In this document: in pieces, positions 46,935 to 62,472 of the stretch
Layout of the letters: the number at the start of each line of letters is the position of its first letter
How positions within the stretch are numbered: position 1 is the first letter of the stretch
Source: Octopus sinensis
Lineage: Eukaryota
Length of the DNA: 64,000 nucleotides
Reading direction: 5' to 3'
NCBI RefSeq assembly: GCF_006345805.1
Contig: NW_021836129.1
Span: 248,001 to 312,000, forward strand
The notes under the pieces: model-generated
Databases searched by the model: none
The model's input: the letters and a program-made list of their open reading frames with translations, nothing else
Told to the model about the DNA's origin: nothing
Translations under genes and position numbers: made by a program

Positions 46935-49900
46935 ATTGTTAATCAGAGGGGTAGTGTGTTCTACCTTTTCGAAACAGAGGTTCCTGTTTTTTAGCATTCA
47001 AAGAATTTTGCTCTGTGTCTTAAACAGTTTAGAATGATTGGGAAAATATTTATACTCAATCCTTCGGTTATTGACTTCCTAGTCCGAATAGTACTCATAT
47101 TTGAACATCTCCTATTCATCCAGGTTAATTATGATAGGTATATTGTCCTGGAAAGTGATAACCTGAGTGCTCCCCAACGCTATATTTTTTGTAGATTTCC
47201 CTCGGAGGCAGTCAGTTACCTCCTCACCGATCTTCCCACTCGTTCTCAGCAGCATATGAATTTGATGATGTTTGTTTGTCTTTATGTATCGACAGAAAAC
47301 ATTTAAACACCCAGAGTGTCATAACGATAAAACATTGAAATCCACATTTGCCGAAACAAAGAGTCGTTTTCAAGTTGTGTATGGATAAGCTGGAATATGG
47401 AAAGGCATTTTAGCACCCAGACGGTCTCATCACACCCAAGAATAAGCCACTGCCCTTTCGGACAATGTTAACCTCTGATAATCAAAATGAAAATTGTGGG
47501 AACTACAGTTAAGAGTCCACGTGACATGAATCACTCATGAAAACAATCGAATTTGATAGAAAACTGTTCTTTTAGAGAGGAGACCTCCTTTTCCACTTGT
47601 CGTTCTTCGAATCGGTCAAAAGAGGTCTGGAGGTGAGTAGTCTTCATTATTTCCTGTTCAAATATATTGATTCTGCTCTATGATTTCCGGGGTCTTTCCA
47701 ATCTAGCTAATTTGCTGTTGTGATAAAAATATTCCAATTGTTCCATTAAAATTTCTATTTCATTCATTTTGCATTTTTTACCAAAATTTTTCGATGATAT
47801 GATAACTTAAAAAATCTTGCCCGAACCGGATAATTAATAAAAATTAAACAAAGAAATTATTATTAAACCAGGAAAGTGAACCCAAATAGTAATTCATTAG
47901 TTATTAATTACATTACATTACACAGAATATTGGTAGCATCCGTACAATATCGACGGCAGTTTTGATTTACAGTATCGTCTTTAAAGTGCAAGTATACGTC
48001 TTGATCAAACTTTATTACAGAAAATTTTCTAGAGCATTTTCAAAAATAATACTGGCTGACAATTGTAAAAAAATTATCTGATTCTGGGATCAAACTATAA
48101 TAAGTCAACACACACAATACGCTTTATGCTTCGCGATGGTGTGTCCACAAAATGTATTTGATTTTTGAAATCTAAGAGATTCAAATGTGACTAGAAAATC
48201 AACATAACATTAATTGATTCTGGACTATATGAGAATGGAACGAAGTATTTCTCCTTTGGAATAGTTCTATTAGTGATAAATGTGTCATCATACACGGTTG
48301 TCAACGATGCAAGATTTCCCAGAGTGTTCACGTGGATGTAGGTGAGACTACTGCAGTCTTTCAAATTTCTACCATAATTATAGTCATTTATTCACAAAGT
48401 CTCTAGTGGGATAAAGTTACCGTTATTCCCAAAACTGACATCTTCAAGTTTAATCAAATTTGAAGTTGCACAAGTTCTAGAAACAATAAACCGATTATCT
48501 ACAAATCTGTGAGACTTTTGTGCATATCAAATTTGGTAAAAGAGTCGTCAAACGATCTAATGTCCCTTAGAGTCATAGTTGTAAGTGTCGAAGAAACAGA
48601 ATTTTTATAATCACAGTTAGCCACATCCGAGATCGAGAAATCGCAATCCTCTCCCAAAATGACTGAAAAAACAAAGAAAATATAGGTCAGCATTTGAAGG
48701 AATTAATTAGAAATAAGTTTATTGTCATTTCAATGTTAGCCACTCAAATTAAGACAAATAATACAACTAAACTTTATTAGAATTTTTAGATATAAACTCA
48801 CGATAATAAATTTATTGAGAAAATCTATGAAGAACCATATACGAGAATTAAAAACTTGACGAAGCTGAAGTAAACTTAGTCAACCTGTTCAAGACTATAA
48901 ACAAATATCAATCTTCCTTTATAACTATCACATTTGATTGAATGGCATTAAGACCTGAGAGTTTAAAAATTGCTAAAAATATCCGCCGATCTTTAAAGAC
49001 AATTACTTCTTTATTTTTTTTATTTCAAGAAATAAATTCGGAAGAGACCCGGAGTCACTTAATAATAAAGAGAAAAAAGTGCCCAATTATTTTTTAGCGA
49101 ATTTTAAACACAAAGCAAATTTTGTCTACACCCTTTTAAAAGAATAGTACTTTTCATTAATTATCACTTTTAAATGGTCATTTATTTGAATGCGTCGATC
49201 GTCTCATTTCCAACTCTCCTTTTTTGCTACTACACAATAAAAATGACTTTATTTAGTCGTTTTGTGACGACTTTGTCTTCAACTCCTAGGGGGCAAATCG
49301 TCGTTCTAGAGAGTTGACTTGCTCTTTGCTGACCAAAATAGCCACGACGCTCTCCAATTTAAGTAGGAAATGTTGAGTCAGCTACGTCCCAGATATGATG
49401 TGTTTGTCTTTGACATTCTGCAAGTCATCGCCTTATGTAATCTAATGGTCTTAGTTGGCTGAGTATGTTATTTATATTCCTTATTTCATTCATTTTGAAT
49501 ATGACAGTGGGTGACAGTGCTGATGATGATCAGAAAGAATTGATTAAACGCAATTTGTCGAAAAATAACAAAAGTACAAAATATAATCGGATCTTCACAA
49601 ATAAACTAGACTTGTCCCCTGAACTTATGAAACTGAACAAAATCCGAATGAATAGCCTTAAGAAGACACTGCTCTCCACTAATAATCCGCATATACTTGG
49701 ATCCTGCAATCTGCATTAATTGATATACCACTCCCACCAGGATATCCTTTAATAACACACACTCAAACACCTTTATAACACTCGGAATATTCCTACAACT
49801 CGCCATTTCCACATATTTCCCCACCAACACTGCACTCTCTATCCCAATTCTACCACGGAAACTCTCCACAAGTGACACCACTCGCACAAATTTCTCGGCA

Positions 49901-50299
49901 GGTCCAACCAAAAGGTCACTTTCACTACAATTCGACGACCTTTCAACAAGACACTCCAGCAAATCTATAAGTTAGCCAATTTAGTACTAACTGTTCATTA
50001 TGAGGAATATTGACCCTTTAAACTTATCGAATTGAGCATGTTGTTTTACTATAATAGCACTCAGCAGACTGCAGTGTCCATTAAATAGACAAAACTGGTC
50101 ACTCCTTTCCCCAATAAGCATTAATAACAATTCTACCAAAGAAGGAGACAACAACCGAGTCTAAATATATTAAATAATCAATAATTCACATATTTTAGCG
50201 CCAATAAGTAAGACAGGAAATCCAAATTTATTAACCACAGAGAGCCAAGTTTGACGACCCTCTCAATTATCTAAGGAATATAAAAAGGTGTTTTACTGA
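46933..50299. repeat. Tandem segmental duplication, copy B (3.4 kb), continuous with the upstream HEAT-repeat gene
   Basis: See copy A. Confidence 0.95.
47900..48693 (-). CDS. Putative secreted Cys-containing protein with micro-introns (paralog at ~44330-45121 is frameshifted in a T run)
   Basis: Signal-peptide-like MLTYIFFVFSVILG, then EDCDFSISDVANCDY; several 26-27 nt GT-AG introns restore the frame through the first exons; later exons unresolved. Confidence 0.45.
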
Positions 50300-53200
50300 A
50301 GGAATCTCTGCTATTAGTTTCCTGTGGACAGTCTTGGGAAGATTACACTCAAACAGAGCAGCCAGAACAACACAGGCACCATTACTATGATTCTACAGGA
50401 TGAATATAACAGCAAACCATAGAATTGATTGCCAAGGACACAACATAATGTATGCATATTATTTTCTGAACTCGAATAAATGCCACCAACACATCACAGA
50501 GGGACTTGGAACATTTCTGTGAGAATGACTGCTCATGTCTCATAAGGGGAAAGAGCATTGAGAGACATATATAAGGCCAGTTTTCATCAGAGATACAACA
50601 ACTCTCATTTATCAGTTCTAACCCACTCCCCACAGACAAAAGCCAAGAAAGGAGACCCTCGATTGTAGAAATATTCATTTCCTGTGACAGAATGCTCACG
50701 TTAGAAATTAAATGTTGTTTGAATGCCTTGTAGTACAAAGATATTATAGCTTTTGCTATCGAGGACAACTTTCCCCTGGCAATCTCAGTGTTTATAATTG
50801 CGACTGCGACAGAGAGCAAATCAACATGCGTAAATAAATCATTCATAGACATACAATCCATTAAACCATATACTTTTCTAACAATGTTTTTCTATCACAA
50901 TTCATTCAATACAAATCAACCGATTTAGACACTCTGAATATAAAACAAGTCAACTGTAACATCATTCTTTGATCAACACAAACATCCAATTGATGACATA
51001 ACTACTATTTAAACATATAAAGTACTGTCTCTGTTAAATTCACAGTCCAATCACAGCATAAGTTGAGTTTGCTGAGAGATTTAGGCAATAAAAGGCCATT
51101 TTTTAGCATATTTGTAAAAAACTGATTTGGGGCTGATGAAATGAGAGCCTCAACACAGTCTGAGTGAGTAATGAGCTGACTGAGCAGAGAGTCAATCAAC
51201 TCTTCAGACTGTTTAACCGAACTCCCCCCACAACTCACAACCCAAAAATGACCTCACTGACCTTCCTCTTTTCCACATGACTCAATAACTCAATCCTCAG
51301 ACAAGACACAATCTAAATAATCAAAATAAATACATAAATAAATATTTCATAATCCACAACAGTCCCCTCTACAGTCTTGATAAGGTCAGCCGAGGATATG
51401 AGGAGATTGGTGTAGAGGGGGGACAGTTCAAGCAAGTTGGGGGACTTGAGAAAGTTATCAATATCGGGGATGACATTTGGAAGGGTTAAAGAAGAGATTA
51501 TTAATTTAGCAAACGAGGAGACCATCTGTTGGTTCATAATGGGGATGAGGATACTACTATTCGATAGTATAAACACAACATAGTCAGCCAACTCCATCTT
51601 TATCATTAATATGATTAAATACATGTTTTTCCAGATATTCCAGACATTCAAAAACAGCATGGCGGAGTTCTCTGTCATCCCCAATTCCACTTTGTCGTCT
51701 TTTCCATGCACCACCAGCACCCACTCGACACTGCCCGACAGGGGAGAGGACAGTGGTGGCCAGTACTTTAGTCTTTACTCTAATAAGACAAGACTAGTGA
51801 GAATAAACAGCACAAATACACCATATTGTGAGTAGATTTACAATTGTCGATAAATTGATTGACAATTGCACTCATTTCCTCATCAAAGAAGACAGACATG
51901 TCAAACAGTGACTGAGTGGATGTACAAACACACTCAAAAAAGGGGAGAACACACTCCAACAGGGATAGAAAGACAGTATATCCACCCACATCAACCTACA
52001 CTCACAAACACCCCTCAATACATATTTAAACAGACCAATACAGCTCACACACAACGATTGACTGCCCTGTCCATGTTTTTTGAACAATTCACACAAAAAC
52101 TCAACCAATCCCACACACTTCTCCAGCCGAATACGTATATATTCGACCACCCTCACAGCAGTGGGGACAAATGAAGGGTAGGGCACACAACACGACACAA
52201 TTCTCACATTTTATCAGAATATTCTACTTTGCAGGAGAAGGCACACTCAGTCCTGTCTTGTAGAGCACGTCGATCAGTCTTTCTATGAATTTGGGACTTG
52301 TTCTGAGTTGGCCAGCCAAATCTGCCAGTGTCCAAAAGGACTGAGTTCTGGTGGAGGAGACACTGCCGGAGAATGACACTCAGATATGGCTCGATGATAG
52401 CCCAGTCAATATTACTTAAATACTCGAATAGTATTAATGTATTTGGACTATGTGAGTATAACTTTGTACTTTTCTATGTTCTTTACTGCTTGTTTTACTA
52501 TATTTATCAAGTCCTTTCGAAAGGGCTCGTCTTTTGGTAAGAAATCGGGGTTTAGAGAAGACAGAGTCCTCAAATAGCAGGCCAAATCATCCACCAATTC
52601 GGTAAAGTTTGACTGTACGTGAGAAAAGTAGATTATTGATAATTCTTTAATTAAATTGTAACATAAATCTCCATAGTTATATCTAAAATAAATATTAATA
52701 ATAAACTTTTGTGTATGTTGATGTGTGTGCAATGTAGTGACAACAAAAACACACAAATCACTGAACAAATGGAAGTTTAGTGGGACAAGACAGGCCATAT
52801 GCTGCACAATCTGCTGTTCTGTGTCGTCGATGGGGGAACTTAGGACAGCCGAGAGTATTTCATTAAGGAAGGACTCAACCTCCTCTTTGTAGCAAGAGTG
52901 AGTACACCTCACATCATAAAGAATGGAATACAGTCTGAACAATTCGTTAATAATCTGGAAATGAGTTCACAGGCAGGCCTACGAGGGTGTGTCCCACCAG
53001 ATTATTCCACTGAATGACGACTATTTGTGTCAGTAATTGGGCGAGGGAAAAATGGACTGGTTGGAGCACGTGTTTTGGAATGAGCGCGAAATTTTGGAGG
53101 AATTTAAACTGATGTGGTGTGATATAAAATTACTATATTTTTTTGGTTCAATGTTAGAATGATTTCCAAGTCTTTTTGTGATACATTTTTGATTATTGTT

Positions 53201-53340
53201 AAATGTGATATTTCTTCTGGTAAATATGAACATATTTTAGTTTTTAGATTCTTTAATAAATTTGAATATTAAATACATTTAGTTTTATTATTTTCTTTGA
53301 TTGAATTTGTCCATTGCAATTTTGAAAGGATACCGAATCC
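49500..53340 (-). CDS. Large alpha-helical (HEAT/karyopherin-beta-like) protein, multi-exon; ends approximate
   Basis: A chain of Leu/Val/Ser-rich minus-strand exons (53030-53233, 52448-52942, 51872-52207, 51313-51720, 51005-51238, 50385-50861, 49606-49962). N-terminal HFSLAQLL..IV.IQWNNL resembles importin-beta N-terminal domains. Confidence 0.45.
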
Positions 53341-53432
53341 GGCATCACAAGAGACATTATTAAACACGTTAATTTATTACTTAATTAATTAAAATATAAA
53401 TAATTAAAAATATCCTTAAATATAATAAATAA

Positions 53433-54976
53433 TCATGATTTAAGACGTATGTGATACTCCCCATTAAGTGCACTATATCGAACCCATGAAGATGACTTGT
53501 AGAATGCCTTATCAGTAATCGACAACGACCTGATCTATTACACCCACGACTACCTCACATTGATCCCCGACAGTGTAAAGTTGACCAACTCAAACTCGAC
53601 AATGATTGGTATAGACAGATAGGTAGTGCTACTGTTCACTAGTGTTGTGGGTAATGTGACTTGTGCACTGAGAGTACATGTCCGTTCTTTCTATATAAAC
53701 ATCATAATCACACAAAAATAAAATTATTTGATAATTAATTAAATATAAAATAATTTAATTAATTATATGGTTAATCAAAAATATAATAAAGAAGGTAACC
53801 GAAAGTCCGCGAATAGTCCACACAAGGCAGTTCTGGTTGGGATCGTACTGACACGTCCCTCTACTGACCTTAATCTGAGGCATAAAAATATCAGAAGGCA
53901 CAGGAAGCAGTATTTTAACCATTTTTGCAGCAATATTAATCCTACTACTAACCTATCCACTACAACAACACAACAACCCTGCCCTGAATCACAAATTGTG
54001 ACTCATTTCTCTCATATTTGGCACTCACATCGAAAGGAGGCTCATTCTAGGCCAGTAGTGACACATATAACTGAGAGGGTGATTCGATAGGTCATTAACT
54101 CAAACTCTCCATCAGGGGGGATAAACTGGATCACATTCTGCCTCTCAAAATCAGCCAAGGAGACACACTGGTGGAACTTGACGTCCTCCAACATGACTGA
54201 TTAGGCACACAATCTACCAGAATGAGGCCTCTGTTCTCCATATTTGGGCAAAATGACTCGATCAGCGAACAGTAGCCTCAGTTCAGGCATTCCACTAAGT
54301 CTGGTTTTGAGTTTAAGCAGTCCTGTGACGTAGTTATGGACAACATTCCCATTTGAGTGGATAAGGACATTACTCTTCTCCACCACGTCCAAATAGCACG
54401 TGTTGTTGGAGTACTGTAGGCCTGGTGTCCTCCAAGACACGGAATCCGTCACGGAAGTGGGTGGTTTGGTGATGCGAGGTTTGCGGACAATGAAGGACTT
54501 GGAGATTGGTTTTATATATCTGTGGGTGTTGGAGGGGAGTACTCTCGAAGGATGCCTGGGTCGGTGGTTTGGGGGATCCCCCAGTCGACCAGTTCGTCTA
54601 ATAGTTCATAGATCAAAGGGCAGTTATCAATTTCCGCAATGTCGGTAAAATCACGGAAATAGTGTTGGAATACACATATTAGTTGATGTAGGAATTCAAA
54701 GCACATTGCTGTATTTGTGTTGGTGTGGGTGAGAACGACGACTAGGGTTATATTGGCACAATACAGTAATAATTATTGTTTTTTATATATAAGTAATATG
54801 TGTCCTCGTCTATCAAGATGGGAGAATTGTGTCCTTCCTCCACTAAAAGGGGGAATGATTTGATGCACTGTCAGATATGTTGGGCATGTATTGACGACAT
54901 ATTAATGGCTATAATAGGTTAGGTTGTTTATTACTTCTGCTGAGTTGTCCAGAATATAAATAGCAGATATTGTCAT
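53433..54976 (-). CDS. AP1M1: Adaptor protein complex AP-1 mu subunit
   Basis: IYELLDELVDWGIPQTTD, VTDSVSWRTPG, LSGMPELRL, LEDVKFHQCV, FIPPDGEFELMTYRI, WVRY..NGEY.IR. Confidence 0.9.
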
Positions 54977-55065
54977 CTTTTTGACTGTCACAACAATACA
55001 CTTTATTTTTATATTCAATATATTATTAAACATTATTTATATTAAGGTTTTCTAAATCAAAAAAA

Positions 55066-55136
55066 TGCGCCTTTGTGGATTCGAACCCAGGACCTCTGAG
55101 AACTGTCCTCGTTGTCCGAATGATTGACAGTGCCAT
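55066..55136 (-). pseudogene. tRNA-like relic (B box plus T6 terminator) between divergent AP1M1 and IMPDH
   Basis: Minus strand AGGTCCTGGGTTCGAATCC..GCGCA TTTTTT. The acceptor and T stems do not pair properly. Confidence 0.35.
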
Positions 55137-55268
55137 AAAATTGATACAACAGATCTACATTTAAAAGTAATATTTAACATTAAAAAATATTAGCAATAAC
55201 TTTAATCATAAACTAATAAAGTAAAAGCTTGATTCTAAATGAATAATAAAGCAATTAACAGTCAATAA

Positions 55269-57062
<1,794 letters not shown>

Positions 57063-57179
57063 TTGGTCAACTAACGCACTAATAGTCATTAAATGAATAA
57101 ATTAAGATTATTTATTAGTTAATTTATATATGGTTAAATATAGCATATTTAATAAAATAAATAATTGTCTGTGGGCTTG

Positions 57180-60100
57180 ATGGGTGTTGCATTCATCAGG
57201 TCATTCCTCGATGATGGAGATATACAAAAATATGGTGTGATTCCCTTATTCCCAATCGTAGAGTCACTGCCTTATATACTAAGAGTAGTACTGGAGTCGT
57301 GCTGTCGAAACTACGATTCAAAACAGATTAAAAGAAATGAAATATTAAAAATAATAAATTGGAAGCAAACTCTCCAGTCTTGTCCTACCATTTTGTTTAA
57401 GCCTGCCCGAGTAATGCTGAAGGGCTTCACGTAATGAATTATCTAATGAGTGTAGAGCCATTCCTATAGTGTGTGACATGGCCACTATTCGTGAGTCACT
57501 CCACACTCCACTTGTCACACATGTTAAACCACAATGCCAATTAGACATGTTTATTGACCATTCAATCCAATCAGAAGTGTATTAATTAATTAATATAATT
57601 AATTAGTGGAGGGAGCCACCTCAAACTGTTTGGAGAGACGTGTCCATTCCACAAGAAGGAATGCTTATTGTTTGAGAGTATTTATAACCCCAGGTCAAAC
57701 CATGCCAGCCAAGAGAACGAATTCAGAAAGCACTACGAGCAATATAGAATTCTCAAAGTAATCAATTAGTTAATTAATATTGCTCTTTGTGGGTCATTGA
57801 TTAGTGGGCGGGTGAGACGTTTGATGACATTGCTGTGGTCCCTCCTGGTCTGGGAGTGCCCCACCACTTTAATGTCGAGTTAATGGCCCGTTTTATAATG
57901 GAGAAGGACAGCCAGGTGTACCCCGACAGTGTGATTGGGACTGATAGTAACATCTCCATTCTCAATGGACTGGGAATACTGAGTATTGGTTGGTGGTAGT
58001 CTCACTAACTCAGCCACTTGCTCTGCCCAGTCGGAGTGTGCTATATTAGGGCTGGCAATCCACATGAGTCTCCTCCAAGTGGTGGGTTGTCGTATTTACG
58101 GACGACTCAGCCCCCACGTCACCTCCACTGACATTGTGTTGGGAATAATTAGAGTCATTAATCACTCATTCATTCACAGGCTCTCAAAGATGAACTCAAA
58201 TCGGACAATTTTGTCGAGTTCTTTGGTCCTGGGGTTTGTCTTCTCTCTGTTAATGAACGAATGACTATTGCCAACATGAGCAATGAATTTGCCGCCATTG
58301 CTGCCTTTTTCCCGCCAGATGACATACTAATTAAACACGTGGAATCAATTAGTTAATTATTTATTTAATTTGCAGAGGGAGGTCATGTGGGTAATAAAAT
58401 AAAGCAGTACTTCCAATCAGCAGGGTTATTTAGAAGTGAGTGTTGTGGAGATGAAAGATTGGAATATTCTAAGGTAATTTTAATATACATATGTAGATTA
58501 TAAATATTAATCTTGGTTTAATTGAACCAATTTGTACTTTCAGAGGGGAGAGGTGTCTTGTCCCTGAACTGCCCTCATTTATTAAGCAGAAAATAACGAG
58601 TACAGACATATCATCTGCCTCCATAATCCACTACACCAATCATACTGTTTCTTCGGTCATCCTGGCTGCTGGTTTTGTCCTATAAATAATTTGTATAGGG
58701 ATTATGGCCAGAAATGCAGTCGAAGCTGGTCTTGCTGTAAAACCCAATGTGAAGTGCAGTCTCCTACCAGGGAACTCAATGAGTGTGTCCTACTTACTTC
58801 TGAGTGGCACATATCACTACCTTTGCTCTCTCGGGTTTGTTTATGGTGATATATGCAGGTTTGTGCTGGTGGGGTACGGATGTAGTGATTGTGTGAGTAA
58901 TTATGAGTCACTCAACTCGACTGATAATGTGTGGTAGTTTCTAGAACATTCTAGAAGGGTCTGCTAACATTGGCGGTCACATCAAAGAGTTGTGAGTATT
59001 TGAAGCATCAGGATATTTTGCTGGTGTCTCCTTTGTTTGTGGTTGCATATGCTCTCGTGGGGGATGTCTCGTTTGACTTTTCCTCACAGTCAATTGGTTG
59101 GTGTTTAGTATTATGTTAGGTCGACATTGGAAGAGTGGTAGACAATTATTTCTATCAGATATATGGCCTACCAGACAACAGATACAAGTTAATTAATTAG
59201 TGTTGATTGCCAATTAGACGAGTATTATTAATGATATCAACCCCACTCTATATCAACAGACTAAAAAGAAGATACAAGTAATCTCATTGCTGATTGGTAG
59301 ACTGGCTCAGTCGAGTGGAATAAAATAGACTCAGTGGGACATGCCCTCTTCCAGTGGAATCCCAAGTCCCCCTCAGTCCTTCCATCCTATATTGTGCTTA
59401 TATATAATCCTCACTATTAGGACTACACCAGTAATAATAGAATTAAATCATTATTCAATTCTCGGGCAATATTGATTGTTGGTGATGATGTCACGTCTGG
59501 TTATATTGCACCTGCTGGGAGTATTCCGAGGAATAGTCCTGTCTCACACTTTTTACTTTCTACTGGGTTGGGTTATTGTTTGTGTATTCAGGCTTGTCCC
59601 CCGTGATTTTGGGTCCTATGGGTCACATCGAGGGTCCCACCAAGTTATGGTGAGAGGGATGTTCTGCAATCCAAAGCTGGAGAGATTATTGAAAGGGAAA
59701 TGCCAATTTATTAGCAGTGTGAACTACTGTGGGTGTCAAGTAGTGCACTACCCCTCCCTCGAGTGCCTTCCACTCTGGTCTGCCTGTGCCCGGTATAGCC
59801 AGGAGGGAGTGCCACTCATACTCATTGCTGGGCATAATTTCGGGAGTGGCCCACCGAGGGATTGGACAGCCAGAGGACTAGGAGTGATGGTATAGAGTGA
59901 GTACAAGTGTAGGGGATTAAATGTGTCATTGCTTGTTCCATGTCCGAATGGGTGAGGTTTGATTTGATTAGTACTGGGATTGTGCCCCTGTGCTTTGCTG
60001 CAGGAACCACATCTGACACTCTGCGGTTGGTTGGGAATGAGTTGTATGAGATTGACTTTCCCTTTGTGGTTGAGCCTAATTGTATGGTTCGATTGAAAGT

Positions 60101-60240
60101 AATGGGTGGCCTATTCATTTTAGGTGGACTGTGAAATGGAGTGTTATGTCACACTTGAATGCAGAACTGATTTTGAAATAGCAATGTTGAACAATGGAGG
60201 GGCATTTCAATATTGCTATCGACAAATTTGTTCTCGATAA
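57180..60240 (+). CDS. ACO1: Cytosolic aconitase/iron regulatory protein homolog with degenerate catalytic motifs
   Basis: [79 protein letters not shown]. Confidence 0.9.
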
Positions 60241-60271
60241 TCATCAATATATTATTTACTAATATGGGCGT

Positions 60272-62472
60272 TTAAATTTTTATTTTAAAGAATTTGAGTT
60301 TAAATCCCAACATTTCATTAAGGAGAGCAGTGAGAGTGGAGAATATGAGGACGTGGAGGACACTAAAGAGAATGGGATTGCCAAACACTGCAGATATTTT
60401 GAAGGACTTTTCCACATTCTACCTCATAATGCCTCCACTACTTTAATAATCTGGAATGCAATGTCAAGAGCCTTAACTGTGAGCAAATACATTTCCTTCT
60501 TGTTAGGTTTCTGTTCGATGGATTGGTAGAGGTTGAACTGTCATGTTATATCAACTGAGGACCTTTTCCGTTAACAGAGCACTCCCATTCTTGGCAGAGT
60601 TGTTGTAGTGTGTCTGGTCAGTGATGAACCTCAGCAAATATATGCCCAGGACGAATATCCAACAACACACTTCCCAGCTATATTTCGAGTAGAAAAAGTC
60701 ATCTTTCAGTCGGTAGATCTACACCTGATTACATATTACATACTTGTAGTCCTAATGCACAAAAAAGTCCCAAAAACGTGTAAAATGAAAAACTTATGAT
60801 TATCTGGATTGATCTCACCGGTCCACACTTCTACACACTCCCACTCCACACACAACCTTCACATACGACCTCAGGGACAGCCACAACTTGACTTTCCTTA
60901 GAGAGTTCAGTCGGAAGTAGGGCACTCCGTTCTTCTGAGATCTCCTTAGGGATGTGACCATATCAAAGTATTTGTAGTATTTCAGTCTCTGCTAATATGT
61001 GCAGACAGGAGACCTTTCTGCCTGATCTCTCAGCAATTGTCAGCAGGAAGGTAACACAGAGACTCAGCAAAAACTTTTGTAGCACAAAATATAGCAAACA
61101 TAACTTATCCCTACCAGTAAAATAAAGATATCACATCAAAGTGACATGAAAGGAGCCGACAGACTCGCCGATGACTGAGTAGATTGGGCACATTGTGGCC
61201 AGGATAAGAGAGGAGATCAAAGCAATGAAAAAGTAGGTCATGTCCTCGGGACTACTGTTGGCCCTGAGGACGATGATACTCCCAATCTCATTGGCAGTCA
61301 AATATTCTTTAGTACTAATACCATTCTCCTTGATGATACATCCGACTATAATAACACACAACTATCACCTCTCTCTAATACGGGCTATAAATAGATTAGT
61401 TATACTACTCAACCAAGTCTTCCTTCTTTGGAGGGGGCGTTCTGTCTTCCTGGACTGACTCCTCCGAGGCACTTCCTGACTCGGATTCCCCTGTTTCTAT
61501 CTCCGAGACCATCAATTCGTTGGTTAAGGTCCCTGATTTGGTCTAATGACACAAGTCAACTTAGTTTCTCACTGTTTTGGGGACAGAAAGGGAATTTCTT
61601 GCATGGATATCAGGAGTTAGATTGTCCCTGGCCTTGGGGGATTCAAGCTCATCGTCAGTTAGTCTAAAAAACTCAAAAAATTAAAACTCGAATGAATTTT
61701 TATCAAACATTCTTAAAAATGACTGATTTCTATTTTTAGTTCGATTTGAAGTTATTCGAGTACTGCCAGTTGGTTTGGTCTCTTCTGAATTCCTGGGCTT
61801 GTCTTTCTTCAATGCCCTGCAACGTTAGGGTACCACAGTCACTTTTGGTCAAAGATCTGCGAGAGAATTGTGGAGAAAATAGTAAAAATTGAGAAAAGTA
61901 GAATAATTGTTTCAAATTTCCAATTCTGAGTTCATAAAAATGCCAACCTCAATAAATTCGTTCTCCTGGAAAGTAGTTGTGAAGACTATGAGCCAGTTGA
62001 TGACATAAAAAATGAGGACTACAATGAAGGGACACAGTCCTATCTGAGTAATCCACCATTTGTGGTTGAGGAATGGAAGGAAGGACTTGGAGATGCCTTG
62101 TCTGAAGGACCCGACCAAAGACACTCTCGTTTTCATTTTACTGAGAGTCGAGCCTGCCTCCAATGGGGAACCAAACCTGTGATCAAGTCAATGTCTATCA
62201 TCTGTCTCTGAATTGAATTCTTAATAATATCATCGACTATTCTCTTTGAGTTTAAATTGTTTATTTTCTAAGTATAACAAGTAATGATACTACATCGTTA
62301 ATTCTCTTCTCTACAGTGTGTTCCCACAGTTGTTTGTCGTAGCCTTTAAGCTAAGTATTATTAGAATGTGGGAATAAGTATAAGTGCACTCAATCATTAC
62401 TTCTTTGTCGAACCATTCCTGAGTCTTCTGGACGAATGAGGAGTACAACTTCTTTAGTTCATCAATTGGCAT
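60272..62472 (-). CDS. PHTF: PHTF (putative homeodomain transcription factor) family membrane protein
   Basis: GYDKQLWEHTVE, KWWITQ, LLTIAER, VTSLRRSQKNGVPYFRLNSLRKVKLWLSLRSYVK, LLTEK, EQKPNKKE, C-terminal LGFKLKFFKIK. Confidence 0.88.

Noticed and set aside
45885-49719. Plus-strand ORFs 45885-46166 and 49465-49719 as secreted proteins
   Set aside because: They are antisense to the 3' exons of the minus-strand HEAT-repeat gene, whose composition matches its upstream exons; there is no independent support.
60272-61670. ABC or zinc transporter transmembrane domain
   Set aside because: The initial resemblance of hydrophobic segments was overridden by several exact PHTF motifs.
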